This document shows, piece after piece, positions 59,401 through 64,000 of a stretch of DNA of 64,000 nucleotides. Both the position numbers and the translations under genes were made by a program. Location of the stretch: assembly GCF_006345805.1 (NCBI RefSeq), contig NC_042997.1:209746001-209810000 (forward strand), read 5' to 3'. Origin of the DNA: Octopus sinensis. Lineage: Eukaryota. The number at the start of each line of letters is the position of its first letter. The stretch's first letter is position 1. The notes under the pieces are model-generated. The model had not been told where the DNA came from and made no database searches. It saw only the letters and a list, made by a program, of their open reading frames with translations.

Positions 59401-60207
59401 ATGCTGGTAATGATCGCGCTCCAATGGTGCTTACCTTTCAATCTCAGTATTAAAGCTATGCATAATACTGCCGTAGTACACATGCTGCGTACATTCCTAC
59501 AACAACGTTTTCTTTACATGTTATAAAAGCAGAAGTAAATCTGCCTCCAGCTCAGTTGCACGCCAGTGTTTCACGTGTTTTACTACATAAACGTCACCAA
59601 CTGCCTGTCCTGAGTAATTACTGACAGCCTCGTAGCAAAATCCGTTCCTGGACTCAAATTACATTCATACATCCATTACAAAAAGATGCAGCTTTTCTTT
59701 CTCTTTCTCTTCAAACACTCATATTTTGAAAAGCCTGGTACTTATTCTATTGGTCTCTTTTTGCCGAACCGCTAAGTTACAGCGATGGTGGAAGAACAAA
59801 GACACACAAATATATACATATGTATATATATACACACACACACGATATGCTTGTTTCAGTTTCCGTCTACCAAATCCACTCACAAGGCTTTGGTCGGCCT
59901 GGGGCTATAGCAGAAGACACTTGCCCAAGATGTCATGCAGTGGGACTGAACCCGGAACCATGTGGTTGGTTAGCAAGCTACTTACCACACAGCCACCCCT
60001 GCGCCTATCTATTTTTTTTTTTTATTATCATTATCCCTAATGCGTTGCTGTTATTAAATTTTGATGTCTTTTCTCTCTCTCTCTTCCAGTTTGACATTTA
60101 CTCACGATTCTCAACATCTGTGCGTGTCGGCTTCAGATGGAACAATAACCTTCTGGGCAAACCAGGCATCAAAGCCAAGAACTCCACGTCTGATTCTCTT
60201 TCTCTGA
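451..60207 (+). CDS. LYST: LYST / Chediak-Higashi (beige/mauve) ortholog, 3' portion, 36 exons, 5' end outside window
   Basis: 36 GT-AG exons join in phase to 5247 nt. Peptides match LYST motifs as I recall them: [25 protein letters not shown]-like [19 protein letters not shown] ([68 protein letters not shown]), WD40 ([17 protein letters not shown]). Confidence 0.96.
1008..1275 (+). mobile_element. Family B: tRNA-headed, hammerhead-containing SINE-like element (damaged core at 1171)
   Basis: Partial A box, B box GTTCGATGCC, (TAA)n, CTGAAGA-AGGCTG..CAGCC-GAAA; 12-bp direct repeat GAGAGTTTGGTG at 996-1007 and 1276-1287. Confidence 0.8.
1860..2060 (+). repeat. Unclassified dispersed repeat (family H)
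   Basis: Shared ..AAGRCATTCCAGCCATGACC..GATTTGGCTGCTATTTCTAGCAGG motifs also near 3520, 5750, 7990, 18265, 22340, 34070, 34430, 44780. Confidence 0.55.
2148..2520 (+). repeat. Family E tRNA-derived SINE (CCTTGGGCAAGTGTCTTC core)
   Basis: About 12 copies, e.g. 7190-7350, 20950-21120, 35375-35770, 35830-36170, 38440-38822, 52630-52850, 59725-60005. Confidence 0.75.
2915..3147 (+). repeat. Family D tRNA-derived SINE with GCCTTTCATCCTTTCGGGGTCGATAAA core (Meta-domain-like, from memory)
   Basis: B box GTTCAAATTCC; about 15 copies, e.g. 3712-4030, 13280-13500, 27755-28560 cluster, 30975-31205, 35150-35350, 40940-41370, 47952-48339, 63860-64000. Confidence 0.75.
3313..3426 (+). CDS. LYST: LYST exon 2 (VPGTPIARR...EGTRK)
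   Basis: ctctcag|GT, G|gtaagg, phase 1 to 1. Confidence 0.85.
4128..4649 (+). CDS. LYST: LYST exon 3, Ser/Asp-rich (LFRTVSF...GLVVLCA)
   Basis: ttccag|GC, G|gtatgg, phase 1 to 1, 522-nt open frame; end matches LYST GLV..CCG motif. Confidence 0.88.
6195..6567 (-). mobile_element. tRNA-derived SINE (family G)
   Basis: Minus-strand head GGAGGCGCAATGGCCCAGTGGTTAAGG..TTTCGATTCCC; head fragment recurs near 54190. Confidence 0.65.
6983..7125 (+). CDS. LYST: LYST exon 4 (LLELMCSTL...RALVIR)
   Basis: ttccag|GT, CGG|gtaagt, phase 1 to 0. Confidence 0.92.
7639..7681 (+). ncRNA. Minimal hammerhead ribozyme, G12A
   Basis: CTGGTG-CTGAAGA-GAAC[TAAAGA]GTTC-AAA-ATGCAT-C-CATCAG. Confidence 0.65.
8098..8267 (+). 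CDS. LYST: LYST exon 5 (LLDIYLQR...[10 protein letters not shown]...MDE)
   Basis: ctgcag|CTC, GG|gtaagt, phase 0 to 2; resembles LYST GFSLLANQLY. Confidence 0.93.
8428..8802 (-). mobile_element. Foldback element (about 150-bp arms) capped by a degenerate hammerhead core
   Basis: Arms about 8428-8577 and 8645-8802; minus-strand CTGATGA 8644-8638, stem II GTTTT/AAAAC, GAAA, stem III TGATT/AATCA. Confidence 0.65.
8934..10457 (+). mobile_element. Non-autonomous Helitron retaining the C-terminal helicase remnant
   Basis: A|TC start, CCCAG-GCAACG-CTGGG hairpin, CTAG|T end, no TSD, inside (TA)n; 10157-10327 encodes [32 protein letters not shown]. Confidence 0.88.
10672..10801 (+). CDS. LYST: LYST exon 6 (FDFSQL...LIILHQ)
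   Basis: ttccag|C, CAG|gtaaga, phase 2 to 0. Confidence 0.9.
10951..11510 (-). mobile_element. Family C: partial-tandem + inverted hammerhead element (retrozyme / Penelope pLTR-like)
   Basis: 335-bp unit restarts at 11286, inverted segment about 11400-11510; minus core 11189-11145; further pieces at 29568-29800 and 46734-46817. Confidence 0.7.
12652..12752 (+). CDS. LYST: LYST exon 7 (MFECNSV...QFYN)
   Basis: ttgcag|ATG, AG|gtaagt, phase 0 to 2. Confidence 0.9.
13667..13806. repeat. 140-bp spacer-less palindrome
   Basis: Centre AAAAT|ATTTT at 13736/13737, two mismatches. Confidence 0.9.
14336..14640 (+). mobile_element. Full-length tRNA-derived CORE-like SINE with TSD
   Basis: A box TGGCTCAGTGG, B box GTTCAATTC; TATAGTATAGTTTGT repeated on both sides. 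Confidence 0.75.
14985..15560 (-). mobile_element. CR1-clade LINE 3' fragment
   Basis: ORF2 C-terminal motifs [24 protein letters not shown]. Confidence 0.85.
15659..15733 (+). CDS. LYST: LYST exon 8 (PMDERQ...LREF)
   Basis: ccacag|A, AG|gtaatt, phase 2 to 2. Confidence 0.88.
15819..16036. mobile_element. piggyBac-like MITE family (also 18486-18690 and 47801-about 48415)
   Basis: TTAA flanks, ends resembling CCCTTTAGCATT / AATGCTAAAGGG, shared internal sequence; the third copy carries a SINE insertion with a duplicated ATGAGATAAT. Confidence 0.7.
18143..18228 (+). CDS. LYST: LYST exon 9 ([12 protein letters not shown]...IVY)
   Basis: tttcag|C, G|gtaagt, phase 2 to 1. Confidence 0.88.
18811..18942 (+). 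CDS. LYST: LYST exon 10 (PSSFEVK...SKTN)
   Basis: ttacag|GT, A|gtaagt, phase 1 to 1. Confidence 0.85.
20595..20816 (+). CDS. LYST: LYST exon 11 (EQQQSL...[20 protein letters not shown])
   Basis: ttcaag|AT, G|gtaagg, phase 1 to 1. Confidence 0.86.
22699..22835 (+). CDS. LYST: LYST exon 12 (NDSSSI...SLASIQ)
   Basis: atctag|AT, CAG|gtcagt, phase 1 to 0. Confidence 0.85.
22890..23585. repeat. 30-bp minisatellite (CCTCCCATCTATGTGGCCTTCCCCCTGGCT)n
   Basis: About 20 units, homogeneous in the centre and diverged at both edges. Confidence 0.9.
23881..23955 (+). CDS. LYST: LYST exon 13 (EKGILQ...DTLLKQ)
   Basis: ttctag|GAA, CAA|gtaagt, phase 0 to 0. Confidence 0.87.
24893..25024 (+). CDS. LYST: LYST exon 14 ([11 protein letters not shown]...SSPW)
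   Basis: ttttag|ACA, TGG|gtgagt, phase 0 to 0. Confidence 0.9.
25040..25420. repeat. CT-rich low-complexity tract
   Basis: Almost pure pyrimidine with CTCTTCCCTCTCTTCTTCCT-like units. Confidence 0.85.
26184..26360 (+). CDS. LYST: LYST exon 15 ([12 protein letters not shown]...KLEQ)
   Basis: ctacag|GTC, CAG|gtacgt, phase 0 to 0. Confidence 0.88.
27347..27423 (+). CDS. LYST: LYST exon 16 ([16 protein letters not shown]...)
   Basis: ttgaag|GAA, AG|gtatat, phase 0 to 2. Confidence 0.85.
28719..29285 (-). mobile_element. Internally deleted mariner transposon
   Basis: 30-bp TIRs TTGGGTTGTC(T/C)GGAAAGTT.. (4 mismatches), TA at 28717 and 29286, transposase C-terminus [18 protein letters not shown]. 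Confidence 0.92.
29356..29547 (+). CDS. LYST: LYST exon 17 (ILYIK...[11 protein letters not shown])
   Basis: gttcag|G, AA|gtgagt, phase 2 to 2. Confidence 0.93.
29812..30147. mobile_element. Family B head-to-head pair (minus tail fragment + full plus copy)
   Basis: Junction palindrome CCATATGCCCATGGGCATATGG; flanked by ATAGATCTGAT at 29801 and 30148; core CTGATGA at 30060. Confidence 0.85.
30653..30798 (+). CDS. LYST: LYST exon 18 ([21 protein letters not shown]...)
   Basis: tctcag|G, A|gtaagt, phase 2 to 1. Confidence 0.95.
32063..32168 (+). CDS. LYST: LYST exon 19 ([14 protein letters not shown]...EKI)
   Basis: tttcag|CG, CA|gtaagt, phase 1 to 2. Confidence 0.93.
32753..32922. mobile_element. 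Tc1/mariner-type MITE
   Basis: Imperfect TIRs ..CTCAAAAGTAGGTTTACAGTT / AACTGTAACCCTACTTTTGGG.., TA flanks. Confidence 0.6.
33072..33131 (-). ncRNA. Degenerate minimal hammerhead ribozyme
   Basis: CTGCA-CTGATGA-(stem II containing GTGCA/TGCAC)-GAA-ATCATATGGT-T-TGCAG. Confidence 0.55.
33695..33756 (+). CDS. LYST: LYST exon 20, PH domain start ([20 protein letters not shown])
   Basis: tcttag|G, G|gtaaag, phase 2 to 1. Confidence 0.92.
35028..35086 (+). CDS. LYST: LYST exon 21 (ERNVYFVAD...YTQ)
   Basis: tttcag|GT, CAG|gtaaga, phase 1 to 0. Confidence 0.92.
36715..36867 (+). CDS. LYST: LYST exon 22, PH domain (…[24 protein letters not shown]…)
   Basis: taacag|GTG, GAG|gtaagt, phase 0 to 0. 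Confidence 0.95.
38847..39091 (+). CDS. LYST: LYST exon 23, BEACH start
   Basis: ttgcag|GAA, AG|gtaagt, phase 0 to 2; [29 protein letters not shown]. Confidence 0.96.
39268..39805 (-). mobile_element. Possible solo LTR
   Basis: TGTA..TACA ends, minus-strand TATAAAAG (about 39578) and AATAAA (about 39318); no matching TSD. Confidence 0.4.
39941..40570 (-). mobile_element. R4/Dong-clade non-LTR retrotransposon 3' fragment
   Basis: CCHC knuckle [21 protein letters not shown], then restriction-like endonuclease [26 protein letters not shown]; one in-frame stop; TAA/TGA repeats on both sides. Confidence 0.85.
40591..40938 (-). mobile_element. Short non-autonomous Helitron
   Basis: Minus strand A|TCTCTCTCTATATAAAG start; CCCAAGCAACGCCGGG..CTAG|T end similar to the 8934 element. 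Confidence 0.75.
41652..41718 (+). CDS. LYST: LYST exon 24 (DLSKPIAVQ...ENYQ)
   Basis: ttgcag|A, CAG|gtaaat, phase 2 to 0. Confidence 0.94.
41768..42234. mobile_element. Family B head-to-head pair
   Basis: Minus copy (core deleted) joined head-to-head to plus copy (core 42147); TSD AAGATTCTT at 41759-41767 and 42235-42243. Confidence 0.87.
43297..43456 (+). CDS. LYST: LYST exon 25, BEACH core ([24 protein letters not shown])
   Basis: tttcag|TAC, G|gtaagt, phase 0 to 1. Confidence 0.96.
43585..43700. repeat. Compound (CAC/CAT)n microsatellite; representative of many (TA)n, (AAT)n, (ATC)n, (CA)n, (CT)n tracts
   Basis: Read directly from the sequence. Confidence 0.9.
44043..44696 (+). mobile_element. 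Family B copy with intact hammerhead, interrupted by an RTE 3' fragment
   Basis: Inverted head AACCACTACGCCATATGCCC/GGGCATATGGCATAGTGGTT; RTE fragment about 44140-44520 inside the TAA/TCA tract; core 44608. Confidence 0.85.
44603..44648 (+). ncRNA. Minimal type-I hammerhead ribozyme, intact (family B)
   Basis: GACAC-CTGATGA-A-GGCTG[GAGAGTACAT]CAGCC-GAA-ACGT-T-GTGTT; all core positions present, palindromic stem III. Confidence 0.75.
45158..45298 (+). CDS. LYST: LYST exon 26 (FDLPDRTFH...[10 protein letters not shown])
   Basis: ttacag|AT, G|gtagga, phase 1 to 1. Confidence 0.96.
47130..47347 (+). CDS. LYST: LYST exon 27 (FDFGTKQ...QAINVFHPA)
   Basis: taatag|GA, GCT|gtgagt, phase 1 to 0. Confidence 0.96.
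47500..47685 (+). CDS. LYST: LYST exon 28 (TYFGVDV...TYGQTPKQL...)
   Basis: caacag|ACA, ACG|gtaagt, phase 0 to 0. Confidence 0.95.
48955..49284 (+). mobile_element. About 83-bp inverted repeat enclosing a hammerhead-like core
   Basis: Arms 48955-49038 and 49202-49284; CTGACGA at 49086, GAAA at 49120, ATCC-A-GGAT-C. Confidence 0.6.
49387..49808. mobile_element. About 190-bp inverted duplication around (TA)n, each arm with a G12A hammerhead
   Basis: Arms 49387-49578 and 49615-49808; GTTT-CTGACGA-A-GAGC[TCC]GCTC-AAA-ACGT-T-AAAC at 49450-49484, mirrored at 49711-49745. Confidence 0.75.
49930..50125 (+). CDS. LYST: LYST exon 29 ([19 protein letters not shown]...)
   Basis: ttgcag|ATC, G|gtaatt, phase 0 to 1. 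Confidence 0.94.
50835..50940 (+). ncRNA. Hairpin followed by hammerhead-like core
   Basis: Hairpin about 50835-50877; CTGATGA 50884, GATG/CATC, T-GAA, ACTC-G-GAGT, C at 50934, TTGTTA pairing with the upstream TGATAA. Confidence 0.6.
51035..52072 (+). mobile_element. RTE-clade LINE, longest 5'-truncated copy (source of family A)
   Basis: About 180 codons with one stop ([30 protein letters not shown]), TGA at 51581-51583, 3' UTR with about 60-bp subrepeats, CCATGCTAGCATGG stem, (GAT)n tail. Confidence 0.9.
53071..53207 (+). CDS. LYST: LYST exon 30 (…[15 protein letters not shown]…)
   Basis: ttacag|GT, CAG|gtcagc, phase 1 to 0. Confidence 0.94.
53496..53594 (+). CDS. LYST: LYST exon 31, WD40 (…[20 protein letters not shown]…)
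   Basis: tttcag|ACC, AAG|gtaagt, phase 0 to 0. Confidence 0.93.
54485..54627 (+). CDS. LYST: LYST exon 32, WD40 (…LYGHTCPI…CIIWDLN)
   Basis: ggtcag|AAA, CG|gtaagt, phase 0 to 2. Confidence 0.92.
54666..55362 (+). mobile_element. Family B copy interrupted by RTE and R4/Dong fragments
   Basis: A box TGGCGTAGTGG, B box GTTCGATTCC, core CTGATGA at 55251, complete tail ending ATATAGAACTGT. Confidence 0.85.
54786..55178 (+). mobile_element. R4/Dong-clade 3' fragment, second copy
   Basis: [27 protein letters not shown]; 3' UTR matches copy 1 and ends in TAA repeats. Confidence 0.85.
55992..56089 (+). CDS. LYST: LYST exon 33, WD40 ([10 protein letters not shown]…SETLGDIVT)
   Basis: ccacag|G, G|gtaaat, phase 2 to 1. 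Confidence 0.94.
56489..56642 (+). CDS. LYST: LYST exon 34, WD40 (…[17 protein letters not shown])
   Basis: cttcag|GT, CG|gtaagt, phase 1 to 2. Confidence 0.94.
56706..57126 (-). mobile_element. Second RTE-clade LINE 3' fragment (different family)
   Basis: [35 protein letters not shown]; short (CAAGA)n tail. Confidence 0.75.
57413..57490 (+). mobile_element. pogo/Tigger-like left end
   Basis: TA|CAGTAATCCTTCAACTATTGCGG..; interrupted by family A; possible ACTG|TA end at 57993. Confidence 0.4.
59088..59162 (+). CDS. LYST: LYST exon 35 ([11 protein letters not shown]…)
   Basis: ttgtag|A, AG|gtgagt, phase 2 to 2. Confidence 0.94.
60090..60207 (+). CDS. LYST: LYST terminal coding exon ([10 protein letters not shown]…SDGTITFW…LFL*)
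   Basis: ttccag|T, phase 2, TGA at 60205-60207. Confidence 0.94.
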
Positions 60208-61508
60208 ATCAAAAGTCCTGCCCACTCCTACCAACAACAACAGCAAAAACATAAATTAAAAAAACAAAAAACAAACAGATAAAGTACTAAAACCAAAATT
60301 TTGTAATTATCACGAAAAAAGAAAAAAGACTTATTTCACAATTACTGTTGCTCCACTGACCCACCAGGTCCCTGTAAATAGAAAAAAAACACCCAGCCCT
60401 CCCCCAACCCTTTCAACTATGGTTTCTATAACCAAATTCTATGCACATACTACCTTGTTATTATGGTTACCATTTATTTTTTTTCCCCCCAAATTTGGTT
60501 CGTTTCTCTTGGAAATTCTCATCAGTACTCGTTGTCGTAAGGACAGCAAACGTTAGTGAAGGACATGTCTACCTTAGACATTATGTTTTTGCATCATTAT
60601 GTAATTTATTCAAACATTTATTATTTATTCATTTCTATCTTCTTCCTCTTCTCCCTCTGTACATGAATGTATGTACCGTATTCGATGGCATAGAAGACAC
60701 ACACACACCAATTTCAGCAGTGAAAATTCAGGACAAAAAAAAAAGAAAAAAAAAAAACTAGAAATTTTTAGGGCATTAAAGCTTATGAGAGGCCCGACCT
60801 CACATACAGGACCAGAGATGATTTTGTTTTGAGACTTATTTTTGGAGGAAAAAAAGTGTGTATTATATACCATCAAATATGATATGTATCCTTCCTCACT
60901 CTTTTGGAAAAAAGTGAAAATTCTGAGAAATTTTAGGGTGTTTAAGTCTGTTTTTTTTTCCCCTTTTTTACAGGATGGCACCAGCCATTATGTGACACAT
61001 CAGCACGTGTCATTACTAATCTACTTCCCAGAAACACTTTAAAAACTATTCCCACTGGGTGAAACTGTCTTGGAATTCAATAGTAGGGCTGTGGGGGCCA
61101 TTTCTGTTGTTTGGTAAAAAACTATGGCAAATCTTGTAAAATAGAACCAAGTTCTTTATGAGTCAACATAAAAACAGTTTCAACAACTGAATTGCAATTT
61201 TAAGATGGTTAACGCCTACAGTTCAAAAATAAAGGCATTAATGACATGAATTCCACACCCTTCCCTACTTCATCTCCACCCCTTTTTGTAAAGATGACAG
61301 GATTTGGGCCTTGTATAAGCGACGATAATTTTATAATCCAAGACTGGTCTCACCTATTTGTAGATATTCACCTAGTTTGCATTGGCAACATAGATTGTCT
61401 CCCCTTCTTCAGTCTTTGGCACAATTCAGTTCTTGAACTTCTACATACACACGCACACATGAGAGAAAAATGTATATCTGTGCATATGAGTGTATGTGTG
61501 TATATATA

Positions 61509-61559
<51 letters not shown>

Positions 61560-62505
61560 TATATGCATACATATACAATTTATATTTAAAAAAAAGATTT
61601 TGACTAACTTCCAAGTTCTACTGAACAAGCATAACGAACAGTCTGTCAGTGGAACTTCAAAGTCACTGTCAACTCTTTTTAAAATAAATAAATATTTGGT
61701 TCAATGAATTTTTATATTTTTTTTAGAATATAATACATCACCATTATTATAATCAATGTGCATTGTGTGTGCATTTATATAATTTCATATGCATACATAT
61801 ATATATATATAATATATATATATATATCTCGCAGTATCAACAAGACTGTTGGATGTTGTTAGACATCACTGGTCACAATGCACTTCGCATTGTTTTAGCT
61901 ATCAAATGATAACACCCATGTGTCATTTGAAAGCTAAATTATATGTCTATATGTATATACGTAATTATATAAATAAAATATGAATTAGAGATAAAACCAC
62001 TATTATGCAACTCAAACAGTGATAGACATAAACCAATACATAAATAACAAATAATATATATATAACTAGATCTCAAAAAGTATAAAAATGAATGATAAAT
62101 ATATAATATAATAAGTAAAAACACTACGTACGTTTCATGGCTACAATTAAATTCAAATTACAATTAAGTTTCAATTGAAATAAATTCGAATTAAAATTAT
62201 ACTGTGAAATTTGATTTAATACTAAATTGAATTTTTCCCTGTAAGTTTGGAGTTATACTCCCTAATATTATTATTATTATATATATATGTATATATAATT
62301 ATATATATTTGCACACCCACCACATACTGAGTACAATAACTGTGATGTGTTACATTCTAAAAACTACAAAAATTCATTAACATACATATATATATATACA
62401 CACACACATGGACGTGTTTATATATATATATATATAAACAGATGTGTTTGTACAAACGTTAATATTTTTCTCTCCTCTTTAATTAAACTTAAAAAGTAAA
62501 ATAAA
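60208..62505 (+). other. Probable LYST 3' UTR; end not determinable
   Basis: AT-rich sequence after the stop. AATAAA at 61228, 61683, 61972 and 62500; I cannot tell which is used. Confidence 0.35.
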
Positions 62506-63106
62506 TTATATTTTAAAGATTGCTTATATTTCTTACGATAAAAAGTTTATTCTATCTTCTCGACATAAGCATCTCTAACGGAATATGAACACACACATAC
62601 ACCCCACACACCCACGCCGCACACATACGCTGAATAACACAGTAAAAGTAATGTTTATTTTTTTTATCTAAAATCCATGAAAGTTCACGTTATATTTATC
62701 TGCCTTTCACTATTTATTGATTATAGATTATTGATCTAACCCCACCGTCCTCCACACCCTGTAGCTTGCCAGTGTCTGTAAAAGATAAAACAAATCTCTT
62801 TTGTCCCATTTTGTATTTCAATCTCACAGCAAAATATCAAAAGTTCATCTTAAAAGTTCCCTACCACCACCACCACTTTCATCTGACCAACTACATCTTC
62901 CTCACCAACTGAACACTCCCCCACTGTCTTCCCTCCACCAGCCCAGGACACTCTATACCACACCCCATGTATCTATGCACTCTACCCACACTCACGTCAG
63001 CAGAAGTGTTTTCCTAACTTTCAAATTAATTCAAAATTTCAATAAGTGGAATTACATTTTCTGTACACTACTTGTGTCTGATAAACCTGTACTTTCTATG
63101 TACGTT

Positions 63107-63137
<31 letters not shown>

Positions 63138-64000
63138 ATATTGTATGTTTATTTGTGTGCATATGTATGTGCTCATGTAAATGTATTTGTACTTGTGTAT
63201 GTTTATATATGTATATAAGTGTGTGTGTATATATTTGTTTTATATATTACACACAATTATGTTAAGGTGTTGTTGCAAGACAACTGTGTCGTATAACTTG
63301 TGTGTTTGTATCTGTATCATTCCAACACCTAAAACACACGTGCCTCGTTGGTCTCCAGAACACAAGCACTCCTTCCTCCTTTTGACTGAACCTTACCCCA
63401 CCTTGACTCAAAGCTGCCTGTGTATAGCTGACCTAAATCAGCTATACATTATATATATATATATATATACACCCTGTTCACCACTTTCAAGCTGATCCCT
63501 AATATTTCTCTCCTACCTCCCCATCCACCTACAAGCACGCACACACACACACACCAGGGCCTTTCTTATTGCATCTTTAACACTCCTCCCTTATTTCTCC
63601 TAGATTCCTACTTCTATTTTGTTGTTTACAATTTGGTATTCTTTACAGAAATGAAGAACAGATTTCTTTTTTTTTCTCTTTCACCAGAGTCTGAGTTAAA
63701 AAACAAAAACTGCAACACAAAAGCCGTTCCCTATTGGGGAACACATTTCTTGGTATTTCTTTAAGGCTTTGTATTTTGTCTCCCTCCAAAAACAAAAAAA
63801 ACAAAAATTTTATCATTATTCTTAGGGCAGTGGATCAACAGAACTGTTGGAATATTGGATAAAATACCTTGTGGTGTTTGTTCTAATTTGTTACATTGTG
63901 TTACTTTCCTGTTGGGGTCAAATTTGCTTTTCATCTGTCTAGGGTTAATAGAATAAAGTACCAGTAAAGCACAGGGGCTAATGTAATTACCTGCCCCTCT

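Larger units (their letters stand above)
1..59430. repeat. Family A: about 30 RTE 3' UTR fragments
   Basis: Approximate positions. Plus: 1-330, 5985-6192, 12230-12490, 13820-14285, 16660-17060, 19880-20300, 21770-21990, 31262-31870, 34680-34960, 42700-43140, 46040-46610, 53620-54187. Minus: 17160-17520, 18985-19470, 22130-22320, 26440-26870, 27590-27750, 43700-43880, 45480-45830, 57495-57970, 58035-58400. Confidence 0.85.

Noticed and set aside
60208-60282. Stop-codon readthrough extension of LYST
   Set aside because: Only 24 further codons, unfavourable TGA-A context, low-complexity content.

Overview
Animal genomic DNA, AT-rich and dense in microsatellites and repeats; the repeat families point to an octopus/cephalopod genome (inference, species not determinable). 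The window holds the 3' part of one large + strand gene, LYST (lysosomal trafficking regulator; PH-BEACH-WD40). I could chain 36 GT-AG exons from 451 to the TGA ending at 60207 with consistent phases (5247 nt = 1748 codons + stop); the 5' part of the gene lies upstream of the window. Introns contain about 30 3' fragments of an RTE LINE, several tRNA-derived SINE families, CR1, R4/Dong and a second RTE fragment, two non-autonomous Helitrons, an internally deleted mariner, piggyBac-like and Tc1-like MITEs, a possible solo LTR, a 30-bp minisatellite and many microsatellites. The most unusual signal is 13 minimal type-I hammerhead-ribozyme cores (CTGANGA / stem II / GAAA / mostly palindromic stem III / stem I) of about 8 unrelated sequence types. 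Nearly all sit in short non-coding elements with inverted or partial-tandem ends, as expected for Penelope-mobilised retrozyme-like elements. One family is a tRNA-headed SINE-like element that inserts as head-to-head pairs with target-site duplications. All structures were read by eye. Homology statements come from remembered family motifs, not database searches. Ribozyme activity is untested, and most copies carry inactivating-looking substitutions.
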